Of a stretch of 55,007 bases of DNA, positions 24,723 through 35,632 are shown in pieces. Under the pieces are notes generated by a model, which made no database searches, had not been told where the DNA came from, and worked only from the letters and a program-made list of their open reading frames with translations. The stretch covers positions 741,609 to 796,615 of the forward strand of contig ML996702.1 in NCBI GenBank assembly GCA_010356995.1, in the 5' to 3' direction. The position numbers were made by a program, and so were the translations under genes. Each line of letters starts with the position of its first letter. Position 1 is the stretch's first letter. The DNA comes from Trichodelitschia bisporula. Taxonomy: Eukaryota.

Positions 24723-27064
24723 ATGGACGCGTTCAGTCCTGACCACAACACGGATTATCCCACCAGGTACTTCCGGATTCCCAATCATTTGCGTGACATT
24801 CCATTTTTCGCACTTCTCTGCTATTCTCCTTTGCGCTCTGTTTTGGTCTACATCCCGTCTCCTGTTTCTGCTATTCGCTTCGTTGTTTTCGTCTTCCTTT
24901 TCCTTTTCCTTTTTGCCAGTATCTTGGAGTCCCCGTCCGGATTGCCGCACATTGCCCGGGTTGCTCGCACGGCACGGAAACCTCGCGTGTCTGGACTCGC
25001 GCCGTCCCCGACGATCCGTCTGATGTGCAAAGAGGACGACCCGTCTGATGCCAGGGCGACCCGCTGATCTCAGGGCGACAAGCTCATCTTGGGACTGTCC
25101 ATCAGGCCGCAGCCGATTGTCAATCGTAAGGAACTCAGGAGAGTGGGCCGCCCGGTCTCAACCGCCGCTGGACTGCCGTTTCCGTGGATTGCTGGCCGCT
25201 GTCATAGGCTGGCCGGCTTGACTGGCCGTGGCCCGGCTACTAATGCTGGACATCATTTGCTGGCCATTTGCAGGCCAATTATAGGCATTCGCTCCTGGCC
25301 GCTTACTGGCCATCCGTGGCTGGCTACTCAGGTGCTGGCCATGCACGTCTTTGACCGGATTCAGCTGTGTAACTGAACAGACTTCCCGTTCTGGCTGAGC
25401 CGAGGTCCGTGACTCGAGAGTTTCCGGTCCTTACCGAGTGCTCCAGGTTCTTGCCGAGTACTTGCCCGCAGGTGCTACCGAGTGCCCGCTCCAGGCCCGG
25501 GCTTGCTTCTATGCTGCTGGCCAGGTCATGTCTGGCTGGCCGGTCCGGTCTTGTAACCCCTCCACAGGTCTGCCCCTTGACATGGAGTCGACGGTGCGCC
25601 GCACTCGGGTCGCTTGATTTCGCGATTCCGAGCTGCAACGAGCTGCCCGCTGGATCTGTAGATTGCCGACCCGGCCATGGAACTGCCCGCTGGGCTTGAG
25701 CTGCCCACTGCCGCTGCCGCTGGCCTAAGTCGGACGCCCTCCGTTGGGATCTAACTGTAGCATCCAAAGGCTCCACCGTCGAGGTCTGGCATCGGCGACT
25801 GGCGGTGTATTTTTTCTTCTCTACTCTGACAATGTATCTCGTGTTTGCGATTCGCGATGCCCGCTGGGACCCCACTAACCCCTTCCTGTAGCACCGACTT
25901 TTCTTTTTCTCGTCCGGATTGGTTCCAGGGAATTGCCATGTGGAGTGACAGCATCCCCACCGAGGGAACCCCCCAGGACAGTGGCGACTACCACGACTGG
26001 TACTATGAGCCAAGCTATGAGACCAACACGGCGTCCGCCGCGCCCTATGGATACCAGTATAACTACTACGTCCAGATGAACCAGATGAACCGGATGAACC
26101 AGATGTACCCCATGTACCCCCCAGCCCCGGTTCCGCAGCGCCCGCTCTCCGTCAACTCGGCGGCGGCCTACTCGGCGACGGCCTCGTCGTGCGCCCACCC
26201 GCCAAGCAGCTACACGGAACTGACCAGCCCGTCAAGATTGTCGCCTCAGCGGACCGTGAGCCCCACTTATCCAGAGGTGTATGCCCCGGAATCGTGAGTT
26301 TATTTTTTCTGTCTGGCGGACACCGCTGACCCCTCGCAGCCAGGAGATGCCTTCGCCGCAGATGAGCCCAGTCTCGCAGCCAGCCACGGACCGTAGCGAC
26401 AGTGTTCCGCGGAGCCACCCGTACTACCAGGCCGGACCGAGCTCGGACGGGTTCTACCACTGCCCCTTTGCCGCGGCCGAGGGGTGCGGACATGAGCCGA
26501 AGGTGCTGAAGTGCGAATACGAGTATGCCAGCCATTTTCTTTTCCTGACTGCGCTAACTCGCCAGCAAATACGTCGATTCGCACCTCAAGCCGTTCCGCT
26601 GCAAGCACAAGGACTGCTACGAGCTGCAGTTTTCGTCGACGGCGTGCCTGCTGCGCCACGAGCGTGAGGCCCACGACATGCATGGCCATGAGGAGTCCCT
26701 GTGCGAGTTCCCACCTTGCAGCCGCTCGGTTCCGGGACAAGGGTTCCGCCGCTCGTACAACTGCAGGGACCACATGTCTCGCTGCCACGACTATGTTGAG
26801 GCCCCTTCGGACAAGAAGCGGCGTGGTGTGTCGCAGAGTGCGAAGGCAGTGACGCGCAAGGGCAGGTCTCCCGGACGCGGACAACAGGTCCGGCGCCTGC
26901 AGGCGCAGCTGGACGAGCACCATGCAAACCTGGATGTGATGAACAGGAAGATCCAGGAGGGCAAGAAGTTGAGCAGCTCGCAGCTGCAAGGCATGCAGCG
27001 CGACATTCAGAAGATAATGGAGGTCAACCGACAGCTGGAAGAGCTGCAGCAGTCGATGGGATGA
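24723..27064 (+). CDS. Multi-C2H2 zinc-finger transcription factor (5' exon tentative; alternative start ATG 25938)
   Basis: YHCPF...C..., KYVDSHLKPFRCKHKDC..FSSTACLLRHEREAH, LCEFPPC...FRRSYNCRDHMSRCH; introns ~26294-26339 and ~26523-26565. Putative exon 1 24723-24766 splices in frame to 25892. Confidence 0.85.
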
Positions 27065-27695
27065 GTTGAGGTGAGGCGATGACTGTTGGTTCCCGTCCTG
27101 ACTGACACGCGGAGGGTGACTTTCCGGTCGTTTTTTTCCTCCGGTCTTTTCTCCTTCTGCCCCGGATTGGATGGATTGTGCTGCTGAGCCCCCTTCCCAT
27201 GGGCTGCCAGCGATACTCATACTCACCGCTGGCGCTGCCCTGCCCGTTGATTGTCTATCCTGGACTTCCGGGACGCCCGACCCCGCGCCTGGGGATGAAG
27301 GAATTGGACGAGCATGTGCCCGCCGGGCATTTTGGACCTCCCTGGATGTGTTTTCCGGTGCATTGCCACGGATTGCCGGTCGTTGAGCCACTCCCGGTTG
27401 AAGGTTGAGCGTTTGTTATGTTGCATATCGTATGTGTGAAGAATGGATTGAGTGTTTTGATGATTGATGCGAGTGATTGTGCTGTTTTTTGGTCTCTGAC
27501 GATGCTATGACGAGACCCTTGGTGACTTAGTGCGGTGATGCTTCATATGAGGGCAAGAGCTTAGGTTGGCTCGTCCACTCTGCGCTTCCTGTCTGGTGAG
27601 AACGTTGTTAGCGTAGGCAGTCGCAAGAAAATCACACCCAGTTGCACGACTGCGATGCTCCAAAAGTGCAATTGCTAAACACTCAAAAATGATGC

Positions 27696-28257
27696 CTACT
27701 TGCTCAACTCCTCGACAATGTCCTTTTTAATATCTGCAGGTATCTTCATGCTCGAATAGCGCTTCTTAGGCACGCCGTCCTTGCCAACGAGGAATTTCTC
27801 AAAGTTCCACTTGACACCCTGGATGCCCAACAGGCCCGGCTTCTCGGCCTTGAGCCACGCCCACAACGGGCTGACATCGTCGCTGCCGTTGACGTTGACT
27901 TTGCCGAGCACGGGGAATGTAACGCCGTAGTTGACCTGGCAGAACGTCTGGATCTCATCGTTGGAGCCCGGGTCCTGGCTGCCGAACTGGTTGCAGGGAA
28001 AGCCGAGGATGGTGAACTGGCCTGGGTTGGTTAGCAGGGCATTATGCATGAGGTTGCAGCGCGCAGCGCAACGTACCTGGATATTTCTTCTTCATTTCCT
28101 GGTACAGCATCTCCAGACCGGCGAACTGCGGCGTGAAGCCGCATTTGCTGGCTGTGTTGACGACGAGCACGACTTTTCCCTTCAGCTGGTTGACGTCGAA
28201 GGGCTTGCCCTTCTTGTCGAGCGGGGTGAAGTCGTAGATTTTGGTGGCGGAGGACAT
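27696..28257 (-). CDS. HYR1: Cys-type glutathione/thioredoxin peroxidase (Gpx3/Hyr1 family)
   Basis: GKVVLVVNTASKCGFTPQF, ILGFPCNQFG, KWNFEKFLV; one intron ~28022-28076. Confidence 0.92.
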
Positions 28258-28910
28258 GGTGGGGTTGGCGGTGGATAGTCGCGAGGAAGAGGTAAACGGT
28301 CGTAACGAGGAAGAGGTATACAGTTCTGACGAGGAAGAGGTGTACGTTCGGGAGTGGGATGCGATGCTCGAGGTGGTGGTGACAGCGGTGGCGGGGTATG
28401 CGATGACGAAGTTTGCTGAGAATCTTGCGGAGGTGTCAGCGACAACGACTTTATTTATCGCGCGCGCGCCCTGCCCCGCAACCCGGGACGAGAAGCACCC
28501 GCGCCCCACGTGATGCACAGGCATTGCCACAGGTTTGACGTGCTAGGTCCTGTACGAGTTTTTCGGGCGATGGGCTCGAAGCGGATGGCTCGTCTCCCGG
28601 TTCGATAAGAGGGCGTTGGGCTCGGACGGATTGTGGCGCGATCTGCACCGCGCCGGGCGAGCGGCGAATCGAGGCGACCGAGTTGCTATGCACTTCAGCG
28701 GCGCGACCGAATTCGGGCGGTGCGAGACATGTACGGGCTGTTGATTGCAAAGCGATTGGACTGCGGATGGTCGAGACTATGCTTCATTACGAGGGGCGGG
28801 CCAAGCGCAATTTAGGGACTGAGACGTCATCGGGCGCGCCGATTTCATCTTTCAGCTCCCAGGGGCGGGTGCGGCTCGGGCCGTGGGCTGAGTGGTGCAT
28901 CGGGAGACTG

Positions 28911-29008
28911 CCGGGTAACGGTGATTCCGCGTAACTGTAGTCACGGGTAACGGTGGCTCCGGGTAACTGTAGAGCGGACGGTATGGTTTGGTCTCAGTAT
29001 TTACCCGG
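28911..29008. promoter_or_regulatory. Cluster of CGGGTAA/TTACCCGG (Reb1-type) motifs within a ~32-bp direct repeat
   Basis: ccgggtaac, ccgcgtaac, acgggtaac, ccgggtaac and ttacccgg within 100 bp. Confidence 0.45.
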
Positions 29009-29130
29009 TTGTGGGGCGGTCATCAGGCGAGGACTCGACCAGAACGATTAACAAACATTCAGGGTGCTCGCAATTACAGAACGGCGGATGTAAACGGAAT
29101 GGCGAATGCCATAAAATTGTCATCGCAGTA

Positions 29131-30508
29131 CTACCAATCCTGCTCAATAACGTACCACTCCCAGCGCTCTGCTGTATCGGCCTCTCTGAACTTCTCAATT
29201 CCACCCTCTACGCCGTTCTCCCCAACCTCCCAAACCCCCGCAAGAATCATCTTTGTCCAGTGCTCCAGCACGCGGTATAGCTGCATAGGATGCTTTCCAA
29301 TGAAGGAATTGTACCCCGCACTAAAGAGGCTATCGTGGACCGCCGTCCTAGCCGACTCTTCAAAATCAATACGCTTACCTATCGGGGCCCTATCACTTGC
29401 GCGAGCGAACCCAGCGGCCCCTAGCTGGTAAGGCAGAATGAAACTGACACCATCGGCAAACGCATTTTCGTCTTCGGGCCTGAAGGGGAAAGAATAGAGG
29501 CCGGAAGGATACACAATAATTTCTTTGAAAGGGGAACTAAATGTTCCTCCGAGCCCGGCTACTATCGACTCGCCGCGAAAGAGCAACGTGGGGTTGATGA
29601 CGTCAGTCCTGTTCGGTATGTTCTTGTAAGGCTGGTCCGCCATTTGGGTCGGCGTCTGAATGGCGATTACTGGAGCGATGAAAGTGAAGTCTGGAGCTGG
29701 GGCGCGAATGAGAAACTCGCGGATAAACGGGTTGTGGATGCCAGCGCTGTCCAGATCTGCTTCGGCGGCCAGCCATCCATTGGTAGCACCGAGCGACGGA
29801 CGGCGCACGTTTATGGCGCAGATGAGTTCGCAAAAGGCCGTAAGCGTGCGATCGAGGATGGCGGAGCTGTATGGGTGGATAATCCACGGCTTAATGCGAT
29901 CAGGGGGCGATTCAGGTTCAGAAGCATCGTCAACCGCAGTGCCTTGCCGAGCTCGACCATCTCGACATACGCATCAAGCAGCGTCTCCAAGGCAGTCCAC
30001 GGCGTACGGTCGTTAGTGGCGATGTCGAGGTCCCAGAGTGACGGGACCATGAGGGCTGCAAAATTTACGTGATCGAACAAGATTCCCAAAGGATGACTAG
30101 TAGGGGGCGTGTATTGAGAATATAGAAGGATGTACCAGTCGTGGCCATCATCGTTCTCGCCATCCATATCAGGCATTTCCTCGAGCTCGAAGAGACGGTC
30201 CGGCGTGGTAAGGCCAGGGACATAATAGAACCAACTGTGTTGAAGCTCCACGTCCTCGAAATCATGCGCACGCTTTAGAAACTCGACAAGAGACGGTGCA
30301 AGACGATGCTCAATGGCTTGTGCGCTTTCCCCAAACGCTCCCACCAGCTGAGTGAAGGCATATTGTTGAAATCATGTCCAGCCCCAACCCAAGCGGCTTG
30401 ATGAATGAAATTGTGCAGGGCGGCGCATCGCTCATAATCGAGCACGCCATTGGAGCTGGGCGGATTTTCGAGCGTCCCTCGCCATTGCGCGATGGTTGAA
30501 AAGTCCAT
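29131..30508 (-). pseudogene. Frameshifted copy of a fungal hypothetical-protein family
   Basis: Continuous protein-like sequence (LDYERCAALHN...WWER/FGESAQAIEHRL...LETLLDAYVEMVELGK/TAVDD...PWIIHPYS...VLEHWTKMILAGVWEVGENGVEGGIEKFREAD) needs frame changes at ~30335 and ~29940 with no splice signals. Confidence 0.7.
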
Positions 30509-30630
30509 AAGGTGCATGATGAGAATAGCGCTGCGGCCTGGTGCTCGTGGATATGGAGGTTTCGTGAGGTGGTGCATGGTGTTTAAGTTTCAAGTCTTGG
30601 GCCGTGCCCTTGCTGTCAACAACCTACTTA

Positions 30631-30735
30631 CAATCCCCGCAAAGCCCATCTGGTGAGCAACACTCCCCAAATTGTGTGCCGGCATATTTCTTGTTTCCTA
30701 CAAAGAGAGGCCCACATTCCCCTGTGTTGTTGGAA
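30631..30735 (-). pseudogene. Hevein/CBM18 chitin-binding domain exon fragment
   Basis: NNTGECGPLFVGNKKYAGTQFGECCSPDGLCGD followed by a GTAAGT donor; one expected Cys appears as Tyr; no start codon or other exons found. Confidence 0.6.
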
Positions 30736-30786
30736 GGTACCAAAAGACTTGGTATCAAAGACTTACACCGTACGCTCGGGTGAAAT

Positions 30787-30989
30787 TGATGGCGGTGGCA
30801 TATGACAACCTCGCCACAGCATTGCGCGACCCAACAGTGGCGTCGGCAAGCAGAAGCCGACTGTGACGCACAATTTGTAATGAGTGGCAAAAGGGAACAG
30901 GCTGGAAGATCCCAGAGGACAATCACTTGGATATACAAACACAGTGTTTCTCGTTGCTAGAAAATCAATCAAGTCAATCCTTTCTCACA
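30787..30989 (+). mobile_element. Solo LTR of the Ty1/copia family at 50.4-51.8 kb
   Basis: 203 bp TGATGG...CTCACA; about 94% identical by eye to the reverse complement of 50445-50647; no target-site duplication visible. Confidence 0.88.
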
Positions 30990-32282
30990 CGTTGCACTGC
31001 GAGGCTCACAAAATGAGTTTGACTCCCAAACACCTGGCTCCGAATGCTGGGGTAAGTGCTTCGCAACGCAGCTAACTCGGCTAACCAGCAGCCACGTTCT
31101 CGTTCCAGGGAGCACACCATACAGTTTTGGATCATGGCTTCCGCGTCCTGACAAACGATCCGTGTGTCATATACTCCTGACATGTCCAGCGCTAACTGCA
31201 ATAGCATGTTCGGGTCTTACTTCAATTATCCCAAACAGGATTACAGACGGAATCCAGACCCCGGAAGAGGCCCCAAGCCAACACGCCAGGATTCGCCAGA
31301 AGACAGACATGACCACCTGGCTGAAACGGCGCAATGTCAAAGCTGTCCTGGCGGGCGAGCTCCCTATTGAATTCGCTGACGCTGCGGTAGACCCCTGTGA
31401 CGATTCCATGCTGTCCGACGCATTCTCGATTGATGGGTACGGAAACGTGCAAGAGATCACTTCGGGCTGGGACGAGGCGGTGGTCATGGCGACACTGCTA
31501 GAGCCGACAACTTCGGGCGTAGCTGGTCCCTTAGCCGTGCCAGCGATTGTCATGCCTGTCCAAACAGGGCGCCGGATGGATGGATGGACTTTAAGGCTGT
31601 GATGATGGTGAATGAAACTCCTCCTTGACCGGGCGCGGTGTTCATTCAAACTGGGAGATAGCGGTAAAGATGGGAGCCAGTCCAACGGCATATTTGAATG
31701 GAGATCGCGTTCTTACTGAAATGATGCTTGTACCATGTCACGTCCGTTGAAAGGGGGCTCGAAGCCTACTGCAATAGCTAGTTGTTCGCCGAGAAGTTCG
31801 TCGCGTTTGACGATAGCCCAACCATATGTCGTTCAAGAAAAGTTGTGGCCGGGGCGCCTGGGCGTTTCTGTGAAGGGCAGCCACCACCCTGGCCTACCCT
31901 AAGGGCTAACCGAAAAAGTGCTGTCGCCCTACCCCCAGCAAAACGGGAGAGGAGAGGCATTATCATTTTTTCGAGTGACCCTCAGCCTTCTTGGATGGCC
32001 TTACTAGAACTATGTCCATTCGTAGGCCATGGCATGCAGATTACGACCGATCTCGCGGATACTCCGCAGTCCCGCCTACATCCGTATACGGGCACAACGG
32101 GCTGTACGGCGCTGATTTATCGCCAATCACCGCGCGGCTGAACGCCACACATTTGTCAGCCAGGACCCGGTGCTGCCTCAGCGCTGAGTCCGCGGATGCG
32201 CGCGTACTTAAAAACAATCCTGAAGCGCTCAGATCTGCGTAAGATCTGGTCCTCGGATCTGATTGCCGTCGCCATCACCAAG

Positions 32283-34439
32283 ATGGTCGATTACGATCTG
32301 GAAAAGGGCGACCAACAGGGCGGCCACGCGCCCCACTCGCACCATATTCATGGCCATGCTATCCACACAGGTCGACGGCTGCGCCATTTCCTCCACCCGA
32401 ACGGCCGCAAGGTGCACGTCGCGTCAACGCCAGACGAGGCTGAGCGCCTCAAGCGGCACCTCAGTGTGACTGAGCCAGACGGCTTCGACCTGGTGATCCA
32501 CGGCAGTGAGGACCATGTACGTGGATCGTCTCCGCCTCCGCCTCCGCGGCGTCGCCTCTGACCGTCAGATCAATGCCCTCCGCGAGAGCCACAACCACCA
32601 CGAGCAGGCGCGGGAACAGCTGCGCGTGCGTCACGGATCCGACTTCGATCATTTTGAGCAGGTGGTGCGCGAGCTCGACAAGCTCAGCACCGAGCTGCAC
32701 ATGGTCAGCGAGCATGCCGTGCAGCTGGACGCCAATTTCGAAAAGTACGGGTACAGCGCCCACCTGAGTAAGTATGCCGTCGACATTCCTCTGGCCGCCT
32801 AATTAACGTCCTAGGGACCATCCCGAACAGTGGGCACACCTCGTCTGCATCATCGCTGTACGAGGATCACTCGGACTCGCATGAGTCGCACCAGGAGCGT
32901 CACATGGCGACCAAGAAGCGCGGCGAGCCGATGCTCTTTTGGAAGAAGCCCATTGTGCGGCAGTATTTTCATAAGGGCCTGCTGTGGCGCGCACAGGAGG
33001 AACAACATGTCGCGTCTTACGAGCTCTTTCTGGATCTCTTCTACGTCGGTATCATCGCTATCGCCGGCGACGGCGCCGCTGAGGCGGCTACCGGGGAGGC
33101 CCTTCTCCGCTTCGCCATTGTCTTCGTGCTCAGCTGGAAGTTCTGGACGGACCTCACGGCGCTTATTGCATGGTTTGACGCCGACGACGTGGTGCGGCGA
33201 CTTACGGTGCTCTTCACCCTGACGTGCCTTCTCGGCTTCACGACCAACATTGCCGGCTCTTGGGAGACGACATACACGCCGCTAATCGCCTTCTACCTGG
33301 CAAGCCGCTGGAGCATGGCGTTGTACTACGTGTGGATGGCTTACCTGATCCCAATGGTACGGCCGGCGATGATTTGCTGCGCGCTTGCAGACTTTGTGCC
33401 CGGACTGCTCTGGATAGGCAGCATCCAAGTCGAAGAACCTAACCGACAGGCGCTCATCTGGGTGGCACTGTTCCTCGACATCTTCGGTCCGCCGCTGCTT
33501 GTGCTCATGGAGCGCGGCGGCCAGTGGATGGGCAAGCGGGCGAGCGAATGGTCGCGGCGCACTTTCGACTTCATCCCCGGCGCCAGCATCGAGCATAAAA
33601 TCGAGCGCACCAACGCATTTGTGGCGCTTGTGTTCGGCTATAGCGTGATTGCGCTACTGTACCAGAGCAGCGTGCCGGTGGGCATCAACGCCTTCTTCGG
33701 CAAAGCGGTGCTGGGGCTGATTCAGGCGTTCACGTTCAACTGGCTGTATTTCGAGATTGACACGTTCAACATGCACACGCACGCGATCCGCCGTCACTTC
33801 GCCTCCGGTAGGGCCTCCTTTGTACTCGGCGAGTTTCACTGACCAGCAGCACTTGTTTGGCTCGCGGCCCACTTGCCATTCGTCATGGCGTTTGTACTCG
33901 CAGGCAGCGCGCTCTCCAAGGTTGTTCTCGCGCACGATACGGCGCATGCGCACCCACATGACCTTCGCGAGCCGTACGACAGCCGGTCGGAGGAGCACCT
34001 GCCAGACGGACTGCGCTGGTTCTACTGCGGCGGACTGGCAATTGCGCTAGCGATGACGGGCATTATCTCGTTAACGCACACATACAGGTCGATCCCGAAC
34101 GTGCGCCTCGGCAAACCCTACCGCGTCGGCGTGCGCTTTGCCGTAGCAGTCATCATCCTGCTGCTGCCGCTGGCGCACGGATTAAACAGCCTGGAGCTGG
34201 TGGCGACGACGACAGGCCTAGTGGTGCTTGTGCTAGTGATGGAGCTGGCCGGGTCGGCGTGCAGCGGCGATACGTTCTGGGGGTTCTGGAGTACGAGACG
34301 GACTTGCATGTACTCAGCACGTTGTCACATCAGCCGCAAGGAACTCGAGGCGAAGGTCAAGAGCGGTGAGCTGCTCAACGTCGAGGAGGTTGCAAAGCGA
34401 GACCAGAGCGGCGAGGTCAAGGAGGGATACGCATTGTAA
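32283..34439 (+). CDS. Low-temperature-requirement protein A (LtrA) family membrane protein
   Basis: ELFLDLFYVGII, IEHKIERTNAFVALVFGYSV, WLYFEID, LRWFYCGGL; three introns (~32517, ~32768, ~33808). Confidence 0.88.
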
Positions 34440-34586
34440 TCCCAGTCATTCAGCGCATTATGTTCAAAGATATCATCAGATTAGCGCATCACTTAGCCAT
34501 TGGTGAGCGCCCGTCTGCACAACTTGTTCCCAGCTCCGCCAGATCCTCCGCAAGTTTCGCCTTCGGTTGAAGCTCGGCGTCGTTGA

Positions 34587-35027
34587 CTACGGGCGCGGTA
34601 GCGGACGCAGAGGCAGGACCTTGGGTTTGATGAACGTAACCGGACCTTGGGCTGTGGCAATCTTAATCTTCGTGCTCTGGGGCGCTGACTGTTCTTGTTA
34701 GCAGAATCCCATCTCTCCGGACGCCTTACCGCAAAGATGCAGTCGATGCAGCGGCCCTCCAGGAGTACCCGCGTCATCGAACACTCTGCACACACTTCAA
34801 CGGACGTCTGGTGACCAAGCGCCATTAGAGAAGCCAAGCACTGGTGAGGCATGTCAAGGTATGGCTTAAAGCCCTGCACCACAGAGGTGTCGTCGTAAAC
34901 CTTTAAGGTCAGCGTACTGTGCTTCTCTACTTGGATTGCTCACCTTCATGTTGCAGTTGAAACAGAGGCCACAGTTGAGGATGCGGACGGCATTGCAGTC
35001 GCTGCAGCGAGCGACGTGCTGTGCCAT
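34587..35027 (-). CDS. Small 3-exon protein (~118 aa) with two Cx2C-x10-Cx2C repeats; unknown function
   Basis: Exons 35027-34944, 34900-34730, 34688-34587; donors GTGAGC/GTAAGG, branch points GCTGAC/GCTAAC, both introns phase 0; TATTTAAA ~90 bp upstream. Confidence 0.72.
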
Positions 35028-35632
35028 GGTTACGGATGTTGAAGAATGTATGTGGGAAGATTTCGGGGATGGGGTTGCTTATGCAGTTTCTCAGATGGCG
35101 ATGAAATGGCTGCTTTTAAATATCCATCTTGGCTACAATGGTGCCCCAGTGAAGCTGGCAGTTGTGTCCCTCTCGTCTGTAAGCTATGTTCAGTCACCTA
35201 CCGTACTGTCCCGCCTCGATTCAGCGTCGAGCGAGGTGGAATGGGCCTGCAAAGGATCAACGAGATATCTGCCATTGTCATCGCGGTCTGGGTTGTCTTT
35301 GTTTGAGTTTGCCTCGACTAGCTATTACAGTGCGCTTGCCACGGGTTTTCCACCGGCCATGAGGGCGCTTCATCTTGTCGTGAAGCTATTGAGCAGGAGC
35401 ATGCCGGCGCGTCGACACATCCGTGACGTCAACGCGTTGGACGGGCCTTCGCGAAATCACGAGACCCCAAACCGTTGTGGCACCGCCGCCAATTGCCCGC
35501 AATTCGAGACGAGCAGCCAGTTCGAGCATAAACAAGCGAAGGAAGAGCTGTTGCGTTATTCGGGCAGCATTATCTTCGAGCTAACGTTGTCGAAGACCTT
35601 GCCAGCTGAGACAATTGTCGAGGTTGTGACCG

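Noticed and set aside
27696..28257. Possible selenocysteine GPx
   Set aside because: The active-site codon is TGC (Cys)
30750..30762. TGGTATCAAAG resembling a tRNA-Met primer-binding site
   Set aside because: Lies upstream rather than downstream of the LTR and is explained by a local 14-15 bp duplication
31162..31602. 146-aa ORF after the solo LTR
   Set aside because: Somewhat protein-like but no recognisable family or clear gene structure
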